A stretch of DNA of 62,124 nucleotides. Origin: an uncultured Candidatus Saccharibacteria bacterium (GTDB taxonomy: Bacteria; Patescibacteriota; UBA1384; 2-12-FULL-50-11). The stretch lies in NCBI GenBank assembly GCA_964599405.1, contig CAZRED010000003.1:1-62124 (forward strand), in the 5' to 3' direction. The notes beneath the pieces are model-generated. The model was not told where the DNA came from. It saw nothing but the letters and a program-made list of their open reading frames with translations, and did not search any database. Position 1 is the stretch's first letter; each line of letters starts with the position of its first letter. This document shows positions 9,257-19,005 of this stretch, one piece after another. A program made the position numbers and the translations under genes.

Positions 9257-10942
9257 ATGGAAAAAACCCGTTGGCATCTTTATCGACGAAGCGATAGCGG
9301 TTTGCTCAAGCATCTCTGCCGGATTCGTCAGCTACCGCTGGCGGCTCTCCAACCAAGCTTTAGCGAGCATCTCCACCCGCCGGAGTTACTACCAGATATT
9401 GTCGAAGCTCGGCAACTAGTTGTGGCAGCCGTTAAAAACCGCTGGCACTGCCTGATTTTTGGAGATTACGATGCCGACGGTACTCCGGCTGCGGCGATTT
9501 TATCAATGGCCTTTGACCGAATAGGTTTAGCGCATGAAGTGGTGTTGCCAACCCGCGCTACTGGCTATGGATTGCGTCTGGAAGATATCCCCAGGTTTGC
9601 TGCTAAAAGTCAGTTATTGATTACGGTTGATACCGGTATAACCTCGGTTAAAGAAATTGCCTTGGCAAAAAAACTGGGCATGAAAATAATCATCCTCGAT
9701 CACCACTTACCAAAAACACTACTACCGGATGCTGATGCGATCGTTGACCCATTTATTGAGCGCTCGACCTACCCATTTAACGATCTCTGCGGCTCGGCAC
9801 TGGCCTATAAGCTAGTGTTAGCACTCCAAGCTGACTTTCCCAAGCAACTTAGCGAGGGTTATTGTAAGTGGCTGATAGAAATTGTGGCGATTGCCAGCGT
9901 TGCCGATATGATGCCGTTAATTGGTGAAAATCGGGTGATTGTTCACTTCGGTCTCCAGACCCTCGCCAAGACCCGTCGACCCGGCTTGATTGCATTAATG
10001 AACGTGGCCGGGATTAATCCGCAAGCCTTGTCGGCCAGCACGCTGGGTTTTGCCATTGGACCACGGTTTAACGCTAGCGGTCGTTTGGCCGATAATCGGC
10101 CGGTCTTTGATCTACTGAAAACTGACAATATGGATGAAGCGTTAAAAATTGCCCAAGTGCTGGAGCAAGCCAATCGTCAGCGCCAAGATCTGGTAGTGAA
10201 AGTGCTGATTGAAGCAAAAGCACTGCTTTGGCAGCAGAACAGCCCAGACGATCACCTGATTGTACTGCGCGGTGATACTTGGCCAAGTGGTGTCTTGGGC
10301 TTAGTCGCAGGTAAAATTGTGGCCGAGTCGAACCGACCAACGATCGTGCTAACCAAAACTGCCAGCGGCTATGCGGGCAGCGCCCGTTCAATCGAAGGTT
10401 TTTCAATGATTGATGCCCTTGAACAATCCCACGATCACCTTGGCCGGTTCGGTGGCCACCGTCAGGCGGCCGGCCTAGCAATGTCCGAGCAAGAATTGCC
10501 GCAGTTTGTAGACAGTATCAAGGGGTTTGCGAAAAAAGCGTTAACCAAAGAAGATCTCCGACCGATTGTGGAAATTGATTCTGAACTATCAACCACCGAG
10601 CTAAACCTGGAAACAGTTCGAGACATTGAGCAGCTGGCGCCGTTTGGTTATAAAAATTCACAGCCACTGTTTCTACTGAAAAACGTTAACCTGTCTCGGC
10701 CAACAGTGATGGGGTCGGTCGGTAACCACTTGAAATGGCGGACCAAAGTTGGAGAAGTGCCGCTGGAAATAGTTGGGTTTGGTTTGTCAGAGCGTTTTTT
10801 CGCAACACCTGTTGAGCTAGCCGATATCGTTGGCTCGTTAGAGCAAAACCAGTGGAATGGGAGCTCACGCCTACAGCTAAAGTTGAAGGATTATCGCTCG
10901 GTCGGACAACCAATCGATAAACACTTAGACGTTCCGGCTTAG
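9257..10942 (+). CDS. recJ: single-stranded-DNA exonuclease RecJ
   Basis: GDYDADG, VDTG, LDHH, GSARS, GGH motifs; start moved to ATG 9257 past the repeat. Confidence 0.95.
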   Translation: MEKTRWHLYRRSDSGLLKHLCRIRQLPLAALQPSFSEHLHPPELLPDIVEARQLVVAAVKNRWHCLIFGDYDADGTPAAAILSMAFDRIGLAHEVVLPTRATGYGLRLEDIPRFAAKSQLLITVDTGITSVKEIALAKKLGMKIIILDHHLPKTLLPDADAIVDPFIERSTYPFNDLCGSALAYKLVLALQADFPKQLSEGYCKWLIEIVAIASVADMMPLIGENRVIVHFGLQTLAKTRRPGLIALMNVAGINPQALSASTLGFAIGPRFNASGRLADNRPVFDLLKTDNMDEALKIAQVLEQANRQRQDLVVKVLIEAKALLWQQNSPDDHLIVLRGDTWPSGVLGLVAGKIVAESNRPTIVLTKTASGYAGSARSIEGFSMIDALEQSHDHLGRFGGHRQAAGLAMSEQELPQFVDSIKGFAKKALTKEDLRPIVEIDSELSTTELNLETVRDIEQLAPFGYKNSQPLFLLKNVNLSRPTVMGSVGNHLKWRTKVGEVPLEIVGFGLSERFFATPVELADIVGSLEQNQWNGSSRLQLKLKDYRSVGQPIDKHLDVPA

Positions 10943-10984
10943 CAGTTTACGAAGCGGTTCGATAAAGGGTATCTTGCAACAAGT

Positions 10985-12274
10985 ATGGCGAAACCAAAAA
11001 ATATGTTCGTTTGTCTGAACTGCGATCGGTCGTTTGCCCGTTGGGCTGGACGCTGTCCGAACTGCGGTGAGTGGAACACCTTAACCGAAGAAAAGACCGG
11101 AGAACGGAGCAGTGAGTCGCTACCGGCTGAATTGGTGATGGTGGCCGACCTACCAAAGCAGCGGGTGGAACGACTAATCACCGGCAACATTGAGTTCGAC
11201 CGAGTGCTGGGCGGTGATGATCCGGGGGTAGTGCGTGGTTCGGTTGTGCTATTGTCTGGTAATCCAGGGGTAGGTAAAAGCACTTTACTACTGCAAATTG
11301 CGGCTGCCTTAAAAAAGTCGCTGTATTTTTCGGCCGAGGAATCACTACAGCAGCTAACGATTCGTTTTCAACGGCTCGGTATAACTTCACCGACGCTGAA
11401 ATTAAGTACCGAGCGCGATACTAGCCGGATTATTGCCGCTATTCAAAAGGAAAAACCGGATTTTGTGGTAATTGATTCAGTCCAAACTATTTACGACGAC
11501 GGCATTGCCGGTACGCCGGGTTCGCTTATCCAAGTTAGGGAGAATACTTGGCGACTCCAGCAATTTGCTAAAACCACTGACACTGCCATTTTCTTGGTTG
11601 GCCATGTGACCAAAGAAGGGGTAGTGGCCGGTCCAAAAAGCCTTGAGCACTTAGTTGACGTGGTCTTGTTTTTGGAGGGCGAGAAACAGACTGGCTTGCG
11701 GCTACTGCGCGTTGACAAGAATCGCTACGGGCCAACCGATGAGGTGGGAATCTGGCAGTTGCTAAAAAGTGGTTTCCAACCGGTTGACGACCCAGGCAAA
11801 CTATTTGCGAGTCTTTTGGGCAGCGACGTACCAGGGAGGGCATTAACAGTGGCTCTAGAGGGCAGTCGGTCGTTTTTGGTCGAGATCCAAGCTCTTGTTT
11901 CGCGGACCAGCTACGGCTATCCAAAGCGTGCCGCCCAAGGAATTGACCTTAATCGCCTCAACGTCCTGATTGCCGTTTTGGAGAATCGCCTAGAGCTACC
12001 GCTTAGTCAATACGATATTTACATTAATGTGGTCGGTGGATTTACCGTTAAAGACCCAGGGATTGATGTGGCCGTTGCAGCAGCAATTATTTCGGGGCTG
12101 ACCAAGCGTCCACTGGCCGACAAACTAGTAGTTGTTGGCGAAATTGGGCTACTAGGGGAAATCCGCCCACCAGCCGATCAAGAAAAGCGCAAAAAAGAAA
12201 TTAGTCGGTTAAAGTATCAAGCAACCGGAAAGATTAACTCTCTTAGCCAACTGAAACAGCTATTTTCGAAGTAG
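10985..12274 (+). CDS. radA: DNA repair protein RadA/Sms
   Basis: N-terminal C4 zinc finger, GNPGVGKST, IDSVQT, KNRYG, Lon-like C-terminus. Confidence 0.96.
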   Translation: MAKPKNMFVCLNCDRSFARWAGRCPNCGEWNTLTEEKTGERSSESLPAELVMVADLPKQRVERLITGNIEFDRVLGGDDPGVVRGSVVLLSGNPGVGKSTLLLQIAAALKKSLYFSAEESLQQLTIRFQRLGITSPTLKLSTERDTSRIIAAIQKEKPDFVVIDSVQTIYDDGIAGTPGSLIQVRENTWRLQQFAKTTDTAIFLVGHVTKEGVVAGPKSLEHLVDVVLFLEGEKQTGLRLLRVDKNRYGPTDEVGIWQLLKSGFQPVDDPGKLFASLLGSDVPGRALTVALEGSRSFLVEIQALVSRTSYGYPKRAAQGIDLNRLNVLIAVLENRLELPLSQYDIYINVVGGFTVKDPGIDVAVAAAIISGLTKRPLADKLVVVGEIGLLGEIRPPADQEKRKKEISRLKYQATGKINSLSQLKQLFSK

Positions 12275-15115
12275 CTACGGCGCTGTCAGAATCCTGGTTT
12301 CACCGCTGGAAAGATTGCCGCTCGTGTCCATTGACCGGAAGACAAAACGGTAGGCGGTACCGCTAGTTAGCGAACTGATTGTCCGGGCTTGGACACCTTT
12401 AACGACGTCAATAGTTTGTTCCAGGTTGTTGTTGCTGTTCTTGTAAACGAAGATTCGTACCTTATCAAAGTCGCTATCAGTTGGGTCGTTCCAAGTAAAA
12501 CTAATTTGACCGCTGCCGGGAAAGCCTAGAAGTTGGTTTATGTTTGTTATATTGCCTGGGGGTGTCAGGTCTTTCTCAACTTTTATATTGATTTGAGTCG
12601 ATGCGGTAGCGCCATTGACGCTTGTTACTGTAGCCGAGAGTTTGTGTGTGCCATTGGAAAGCGTCCCTGCGTCGTGAGTGCTGCCATACGGCGCATCACC
12701 GTCAGTCACAATCAGGACGTTATCGAGGAAGAAGTCAACCTTACTGACTCCAGAGGGTGACGAAGCGTTGGCGCTGATAGTGAAAACACCGGAGACGGTG
12801 GCGTTATCGGCTGGAGAAGTAATGCTCACTTGTGGCGAGTTACCGCTGGCACTGCATTTTTCGGTGGGGGGTTTGTTGTCAAAGCCGTTTTGGGCTGCCC
12901 AGGCTCGGACCGGGTTCTCCCAGTTCGGATTGTCCGGCTTCTCCGAATGAACGTAAGTGAAGGTTCGCTCCTCGGCTAATTCGTCGGGGATTGATTCGTC
13001 AGCCAACAATCCGTTTTCCCGACAGACGCGAACTCTTTTGTGAACGTCGTCTTTTTCGGTTGGGACTTGCCAGCGAGCAAAAATGTCCGTAATTACTTCC
13101 GATCCGTCCACGGGCAGTTTGTTGGATAGTCGATCCACAGCCAAGTCTTGTATTCCCTCTGGTCTAACAAAAGTCTCTACCGGCATTTCCGCATGAGCCC
13201 GCTCCATATAACCATCCCAAATTGGGGCGGCAGCAGTGGAGCCGCCAATTCGGTTCATTGACGTATGGTCATTGTTGCCGGCCCAAACAGAAGTAACTAG
13301 CTGTGGCGTGTAGCCAATTGTCCAGGCATCTTTGAAGTCGTTAGTCGTACCAGTTTTGGTGGCAGCAACGCGATTAGCCAGAGTCAGGAAGCGCAGGCTA
13401 AAGTTAAAGACTGGCCGTTTAGCGTCAACGTCGGAGAGAATATTAGAAATTTGATAGGCGATTTGTGGGTCGAGCACCAGCCGGCCATCTTTCGGGTCAG
13501 TGTGATCGTAGAGAATTTTATCGCCGCTATCGGTAATTTTTAAGACCGGTGTGGTGGGCATTAAGATGCCGCCGTTGGCAAAGACGCCGTAGGCGGTGGC
13601 CATGTCTATCAGTCGGACTTCGCCGCCGCCGAGTGCCAACGATAGCCCATAGCGATCTTTATCGGTAAGGGTGGTAATACCCAAGTCGTGTGCGGTCTTC
13701 AGGGCTTTATCAAGGCCAACTAAACCTAAGGTTTTAACAGCCGGAATGTTCAAAGAATTACCAATCGCTTGGCGAATGGTCAACGGTCCGCGAAAGGCTC
13801 CATCAAAGTTTTGGGGAATGTAGTTGCCAAAATCGGTCTTAAGGTCAAAGAGAACCGTCGCCGGGTTGTACTTTTCCTTGAAAGCCGTGGCGTAAATTAT
13901 CGGCTTAAACGACGATCCCGGCTGCCGGCTGGCGGTAGCGATGTTGTAGGCACCGAACTGTTCTTGAAAATAATCAACAGATCCGACCATCGCGATTACT
14001 TCGCCGCGTTTCGGGTCGAGCGAAACTAAGCCAGCGTTACTGGCGCCACCGCGTATGAGGTTTGGCACGGCCTTAGCTACTTCTTCTTCGGCGATTGTTT
14101 GTTTGGTAATGTCGAGCGTAGTTACCACGGTCAAACCGCCTTCCTCCACTTTCTTTTCCGCTAACTGGGCGTCGCCAAGCTCATCAGTGAAGTACTGAAC
14201 TAACCAATCTTTGACGTAAAGGACAAAGTGCGGGGCGGCGATTGATTCGTGTTTAGCCACCACCTTCAGTTCAGTTTCTTGGGCGGCCTTAGCTTGCTCA
14301 GCGGTAATGTAGCCCTGCTGGGCCATTCGCTCCAGTGCTAAATTGCGTCGAGCAACCAGTCGGTCGGTGTTAGGGCCGTATGGAGAGAGGGTAGTGGGGG
14401 CTTGCGGCAAGGCTGCTAGGGTGGCGGCTTCCGGCAAAGTTAGTTCGGCAGCGCTTTTGTTGAAGAACGATCGGGCGGCCGCTTCCACGCCGTAGTTGTT
14501 GCCGCCGTAGGGGATTTCGTTGAGATACATTACTAGTATTTCCTCTTTAGAAAAAAGAAATTCTAGCTCAACTGCCATCACCGCCTCTTTGGCTTTACGA
14601 ATTAAGGTTCGCTCACTAGTTAGTAAGGCGTTTTTAATAAATTGTTGAGTAATGGTGGAGCCGCCGCCACGTGATCCGCCAAACAGTACTGCCCGAGCCA
14701 CGCCGCTAAAATCCAATCCAAAATGTTTGTAGAAGTCTTTATCTTCCAGCGCCACGGTGGCATTTTTGACAACGTCAGGAATTTGTTCTTTCTCGATAGT
14801 AATCCGCTTTTTTTCGCCGGAAATGGTGTAGAGCGGATTCATATTGCGATCAAACAGTCGGGTGGAGCTGGCTGAAACCAGATTGCGTATTTTACCGGGT
14901 GTCGGCAAATCTTTCGCAAACCAAGCAAACATAAAAATCACAATTAACAGGAAAACCCCGGTACCCCATAGGGCAACCCGGCCAATTTTTTTCCATACAG
15001 TTTTAGCGGAGGGTTTTTTGCCGCCGAATAACCGGGCTTGCAGTTTTTTTAGGCCGACCGGGTTACGCCAAGGCAGACGGAACTTTGGCAGCCGAAACTG
15101 GAAGAGCTTCATCAT
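12275..15115 (-). CDS. class A penicillin-binding protein with C-terminal Ig-like and FN3-like domains
   Basis: EDKDF, GGSTITQQ transglycosylase motifs; SSFK, SLN, KTG transpeptidase motifs; PQVSITSPADNATVSG Ig-like repeat. Confidence 0.93.
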   Translation of the reverse strand: MMKLFQFRLPKFRLPWRNPVGLKKLQARLFGGKKPSAKTVWKKIGRVALWGTGVFLLIVIFMFAWFAKDLPTPGKIRNLVSASSTRLFDRNMNPLYTISGEKKRITIEKEQIPDVVKNATVALEDKDFYKHFGLDFSGVARAVLFGGSRGGGSTITQQFIKNALLTSERTLIRKAKEAVMAVELEFLFSKEEILVMYLNEIPYGGNNYGVEAAARSFFNKSAAELTLPEAATLAALPQAPTTLSPYGPNTDRLVARRNLALERMAQQGYITAEQAKAAQETELKVVAKHESIAAPHFVLYVKDWLVQYFTDELGDAQLAEKKVEEGGLTVVTTLDITKQTIAEEEVAKAVPNLIRGGASNAGLVSLDPKRGEVIAMVGSVDYFQEQFGAYNIATASRQPGSSFKPIIYATAFKEKYNPATVLFDLKTDFGNYIPQNFDGAFRGPLTIRQAIGNSLNIPAVKTLGLVGLDKALKTAHDLGITTLTDKDRYGLSLALGGGEVRLIDMATAYGVFANGGILMPTTPVLKITDSGDKILYDHTDPKDGRLVLDPQIAYQISNILSDVDAKRPVFNFSLRFLTLANRVAATKTGTTNDFKDAWTIGYTPQLVTSVWAGNNDHTSMNRIGGSTAAAPIWDGYMERAHAEMPVETFVRPEGIQDLAVDRLSNKLPVDGSEVITDIFARWQVPTEKDDVHKRVRVCRENGLLADESIPDELAEERTFTYVHSEKPDNPNWENPVRAWAAQNGFDNKPPTEKCSASGNSPQVSITSPADNATVSGVFTISANASSPSGVSKVDFFLDNVLIVTDGDAPYGSTHDAGTLSNGTHKLSATVTSVNGATASTQINIKVEKDLTPPGNITNINQLLGFPGSGQISFTWNDPTDSDFDKVRIFVYKNSNNNLEQTIDVVKGVQARTISSLTSGTAYRFVFRSMDTSGNLSSGETRILTAP

Positions 15116-15193
15116 CACTAGTATACAACGTCTCAAGGGAAATTGTAGGCAGTTGCTCGACTGACGCCACTATATATATACTGGGCACAGCAG

Positions 15194-16369
15194 ATGGCGA
15201 CACGTTGGCCGATATCAGTAGTGGGGGTAGCAGAGATAATCAGTGAAAAAGAGCTGCAGCGGCTCTTTAAGCAAAAACGTCCGCTCGTTGTAAAGTTAGG
15301 TGTGGATCCAACCTCCAAAGACCTGCACCTGGGTCACGCCGTAGTATTACGGATGCTCAAACAGTTTCAGGATTTAGGCCATAAAGCTTATTTAGTGATT
15401 GGCGACTTTACCGCTTCGATTGGCGATCCGGCGGGCGTTAGCAAAACTCGTCCGATCTTAAGTGACGAGCAGATTCGGGAAAATATGCAGAGCTACCTTG
15501 AGCAAGCCCGACTAGTTCTGGATATGGACAAAACGGAAGTGGTCTACAATTCCAGCTGGCACAAGTCCATGTCGCTTCATCAGTTTATCGGCTACGCCTC
15601 CCAAATTTCGGTCAATCAATTAATTGACCGAGAAGATTTTGCAAATCGCTTATCCAATCAGCAGCCGTTGGCACTACCAGAGCTGCTTTACCCGGTGGTT
15701 CAAGGATTGGACTCGGTGGAGCTGAAGGCCGATATCGAAATTGGCGGCTGGGATCAGCGGCTGAACTTATTAACCGCTCGGGAATTGCAAAAAAAACTGG
15801 GCCAGCGCCCGGAAGTGCTACTAATGATGAAAGCCCTGCTGGGCAGCGACGGCGTGAAGAAAATGAGCAAGAGCGAGAACAACTACATTGCTCTTGGTGC
15901 CAGCGCCGACCAAATGTTTGGAAAAATTATGAGCCTGGCCGACGAGTTAATTCCTAATTTCGCTGAGGCAGCGGCTGGTTGCGACGAGTTGGAAGTGAAG
16001 CGACTACTGGCTCTCCATCCCAAGCAAGCGAAGATCGAGCTAGGCAAGAAAATCGTCGCCATTTATCATGGGAGCGCTGCGGCCAATCTAGCCGCCGAGC
16101 GCTTTGAAGACACCTTCACGAATCGTCGGGTCAGCAGCCACTTAGTCGAGAACGTGACGTTCGACGACTGGGAGATCCCACTGATTCAGGCCGTTACCAA
16201 GGCAGCACTAACAAGCACTTCGGAAGCGAGAAGACTAATCGAACAAGGAGGCGTCAAGCTTAACGGTAAAACTGTTACCGACCAGTTTCAGCCAATTGGC
16301 TTGCGCAAAAGCGGCGCCCAACTGCAGGTGGGCAAGTTTCGGTTTTTTGCGCTACGATGGAAAAAGTAA
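15194..16369 (+). CDS. tyrS: tyrosine--tRNA ligase
   Basis: HLGH, GGWDQ, KMSKS, C-terminal S4 domain (SEARRLIEQGGV). Confidence 0.93.
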   Translation: MATRWPISVVGVAEIISEKELQRLFKQKRPLVVKLGVDPTSKDLHLGHAVVLRMLKQFQDLGHKAYLVIGDFTASIGDPAGVSKTRPILSDEQIRENMQSYLEQARLVLDMDKTEVVYNSSWHKSMSLHQFIGYASQISVNQLIDREDFANRLSNQQPLALPELLYPVVQGLDSVELKADIEIGGWDQRLNLLTARELQKKLGQRPEVLLMMKALLGSDGVKKMSKSENNYIALGASADQMFGKIMSLADELIPNFAEAAAGCDELEVKRLLALHPKQAKIELGKKIVAIYHGSAAANLAAERFEDTFTNRRVSSHLVENVTFDDWEIPLIQAVTKAALTSTSEARRLIEQGGVKLNGKTVTDQFQPIGLRKSGAQLQVGKFRFFALRWKK

Positions 16370-17181
16370 TGGGTTATAAACGGGGGTTCACCCTAATTGA
16401 GGCGTTATCGGTAGTGGCGATTATTGGCATTTTAGTTTCGCTGGCAGTGTACGTGGTTACCCAAGCCCAACGCCAAGCTCGGGATACTAAGCGCAAATCC
16501 GACCTGGCGGCCATTTCCCAGGGGTTTGAGGCTCGATTCTTGGATAGAACTTGCAGCGATCAGGCGGTGGTTGGACAGTACCCTGGCAAAGCACTGTTGG
16601 ATGCTGACAGCGGAACTACCGGGAAAATGCTTTGGCATAAGGTTAGTGAGCTGTCCGGGTTAACCGACAACTGCAATCCGTTTAGTTACTATCTAGCTAA
16701 TGTTCCAACCGACTCACTTGGGGTTCAAAATCAGTACTATTTTAATCTTTCCGGTTCCAGCCTACCCGCCGAGCATTACCGCCTAGCTGCCCGGCTGGAA
16801 AAAGTCCCGTCAGATGCCCAATGGGAAGAAATTTGTCGGTTGAGCGACGTTTGGTCGGAGAATTTTTACGGCCAACCCTACGACGGCTGCGGCGGTGACA
16901 CAATCGCTAAATTCGGACGAGTGTTGTTGGCCGCCACCCTACCTGGACAAGGCACCGGTGGAACAGGCGGGACGGGCGGCACCGGCGGCACCGGTGGAAC
17001 AGGCGGCACCGGTGGCGGCACAGTACCGTGCGAGCCGACAGAAGTTGAAAGCCCACCCGGTTCGGGGAACTGTGTTCCAGGCGGTGGCGGTGAAGGCGGC
17101 GGTGGCGAAGGTGGTGGTGAAGGTGGCGGCGGCGGCCAAGAAGAGATACCACTACCTTACAACTACTACATTGGCCGTTGA
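16369..17181 (+). CDS. type IV pilin-like protein with Gly-rich low-complexity insert
   Basis: G|FTLIE prepilin site, ARDTKRKSDL helix; GTG/GEG repeats; ATG 16369 overlaps tyrS stop (alternative 16357). Confidence 0.9.
   Translation: MGYKRGFTLIEALSVVAIIGILVSLAVYVVTQAQRQARDTKRKSDLAAISQGFEARFLDRTCSDQAVVGQYPGKALLDADSGTTGKMLWHKVSELSGLTDNCNPFSYYLANVPTDSLGVQNQYYFNLSGSSLPAEHYRLAARLEKVPSDAQWEEICRLSDVWSENFYGQPYDGCGGDTIAKFGRVLLAATLPGQGTGGTGGTGGTGGTGGTGGTGGGTVPCEPTEVESPPGSGNCVPGGGGEGGGGEGGGEGGGGGQEEIPLPYNYYIGR
16951..17133 (+). repeat. coding low-complexity repeats (GTG)n and (GGGE)n
   Basis: ggcaccggtggaacaggcgg occurs twice; ggcggtggcgaaggtggtggtgaaggtggcggc. Confidence 0.85.
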
Positions 17182-17217
17182 GTTGTATTTAACTGTCTAG
17201 CCATTATATAATTCAAA

Positions 17218-17330
17218 CGTCCCAGCGCTCAGATAACTCCGGGCAACAAATCTTTAGCTAATGATAATTTCAGCGGAAGCCACGAATGATAACGAACAAA
17301 ATTTATTTTGTGAGTTTTCTGAGCTGGACG
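17218..17330. repeat. long imperfect inverted repeat in argS leader
   Basis: gctcagataactc (17227-17239) pairs with gagttttctgagc (17312-17324). Confidence 0.7.
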
Positions 17331-17340
17331 AAGGACAGCG

Positions 17341-18927
17341 ATGATTATTGGCCAACTACATCAGGCAATTCGCCAAGCGTTTATTCAAGCAATCGGCTCA
17401 CCGCCGCCGCAGTTTGTTATTGAGCCCGCCAAACGAACCTTTTTTGGTGATTTTTCTACCAATATTGCCATGGTGGCTGCCAACGAAACAGATGAAAATC
17501 CGGTGGCTTTAGCCCAAAAAATTGTCCAAAAAATGACAGCCAGTGAGGTTTTTAAATCGGTCAGCGTGGCCACCCCCGGCTTTATTAACTTCACAGTTAC
17601 TGATGAATATCTTCTGGAAGTAGTGCGGGCGATTATTCGCTCACCTGAAAGTTACGGCCGCAGCGATTTGGGTAAAGAAATTCGGGTGCTACTGGAGTTT
17701 GTCTCGGCAAACCCAACCGGTCCGCTGACGCTCGCTAATGGCCGCGGTGCTTTTGTTGGTGAAGCAATTGCTCGGGTATTAGAGCTATACGGCTGCACGG
17801 TGATGCGCGAGTACTACAGTAATGACCGCGGCAACCAAATCGTCTCATTGGGTAAAACAATCCTTGGTGAGCCGGGCGGAGAGTACGCTGGTAAGTATAT
17901 CGATGAATTAAAGAAGCGGGTTAAAGAGCCAACTGCCGAGGCGGCGGGGGAACAGGCAGCGGCAATTATTATGGAAGAAATGATAAAGCCAGTTCTGAAA
18001 CAAGTGGGCATAGACTTTCACCAGTTTTTCTCCGAGAAATCGCTCTTCAGCACTGGTGTTTACAAAAAAAACTTAGAGCTGCTGAAGTCGCGTGGGCTGG
18101 TTTACGTGGCTGACGGGGCGACTTGGCTAGCGACCACTCGATTTGGCGACGATCAAGACCGGGTGTTGGTGCGAACGGATGGCGCTGAAACTTACTTTGC
18201 CTCCGACATTGCCTACCATTCCTACAAAATTCAGCGCGGCTATCACCGGTTGATTAACGTCATGGGAGCCGATCATTTTACGTACAGCAAACAAATGACC
18301 ATGATCGTCGAAGGAGTGCTACGCGATCACTACATGTGGGGCGGCAAGCTCGATTGGGTGGTGACGCAAATTGTCCGGCTGATGAAAGATGGTGAGGAAG
18401 TGAAGATGTCCAAGCGAGCCGGCACCTACGTACCTCTGGACGAATTGTTGGAAGAAATTGGTCCAGACGTTACCAGATTCTTTTTCTTGAGTCGGAGTGT
18501 TGATGCCCACCTAGACTTTGACTTTAACTTAGCCAAATCAGCGACCAGCCAAAATCCGGTTTTTTACATCCAGTATGCATATGCCCGCATTAGCTCAATT
18601 TTTCGTCAATTTTCTAAAACCGATGATTTTGCCGTGCCAGAGAAAATAATGATTACCCACCCGGTCGAACGACGATTATTACTGCGGATTATTCAATTCC
18701 CCGATTTGGTGGAGGAGATTGCCGGAGATTTACAGGTTCACAAGCTAACTCACTACGCTCTCGCCTTAGCCACCGATTTACACGCTTTTTATGAACAATT
18801 GCGGGTTCAGGGTGAGCCGCCGGAGATTGCTCAGTCACGTTTGGCGATTCTGAAAGCGACCAGTCTTACTATTAAGAAAACCCTTGATCTCATAGGGGTT
18901 AGCGCCCCGTCGCGCATGTTACGCTAA
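17341..18927 (+). CDS. argS: arginine--tRNA ligase
   Basis: GDFSTN, EFVSANPTGPL, TYFASDIAYH, MSKRAG, YIQYAYARI. Confidence 0.96.
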   Translation: MIIGQLHQAIRQAFIQAIGSPPPQFVIEPAKRTFFGDFSTNIAMVAANETDENPVALAQKIVQKMTASEVFKSVSVATPGFINFTVTDEYLLEVVRAIIRSPESYGRSDLGKEIRVLLEFVSANPTGPLTLANGRGAFVGEAIARVLELYGCTVMREYYSNDRGNQIVSLGKTILGEPGGEYAGKYIDELKKRVKEPTAEAAGEQAAAIIMEEMIKPVLKQVGIDFHQFFSEKSLFSTGVYKKNLELLKSRGLVYVADGATWLATTRFGDDQDRVLVRTDGAETYFASDIAYHSYKIQRGYHRLINVMGADHFTYSKQMTMIVEGVLRDHYMWGGKLDWVVTQIVRLMKDGEEVKMSKRAGTYVPLDELLEEIGPDVTRFFFLSRSVDAHLDFDFNLAKSATSQNPVFYIQYAYARISSIFRQFSKTDDFAVPEKIMITHPVERRLLLRIIQFPDLVEEIAGDLQVHKLTHYALALATDLHAFYEQLRVQGEPPEIAQSRLAILKATSLTIKKTLDLIGVSAPSRMLR

Positions 18928-19005
18928 CCCCTTTCCAAAAACTCCGTTTTTGTAATAGGTGTTAGCGCTCCGTCGCGGATGTTGCGTGAAGACAGAAGCG
19001 TTTAA
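18892..19005 (+). repeat. in-frame, synonymously recoded duplicate of argS 3' end
   Basis: 18892-18924 and 18955-18987 both encode IGVSAPSRMLR; 5 differences, all synonymous third positions. Confidence 0.9.

Noticed and set aside
17218-17340. T-box riboswitch for argS (also checked cysS leader)
   Set aside because: No T-box antiterminator AGGGTGGNACC sequence or terminator U-tract
18892-18987. Diversity-generating retroelement TR/VR pair
   Set aside because: Differences are G/T, C/T, C/G, A/G, C/T rather than adenine-specific; repeat only 33 bp; no reverse transcriptase
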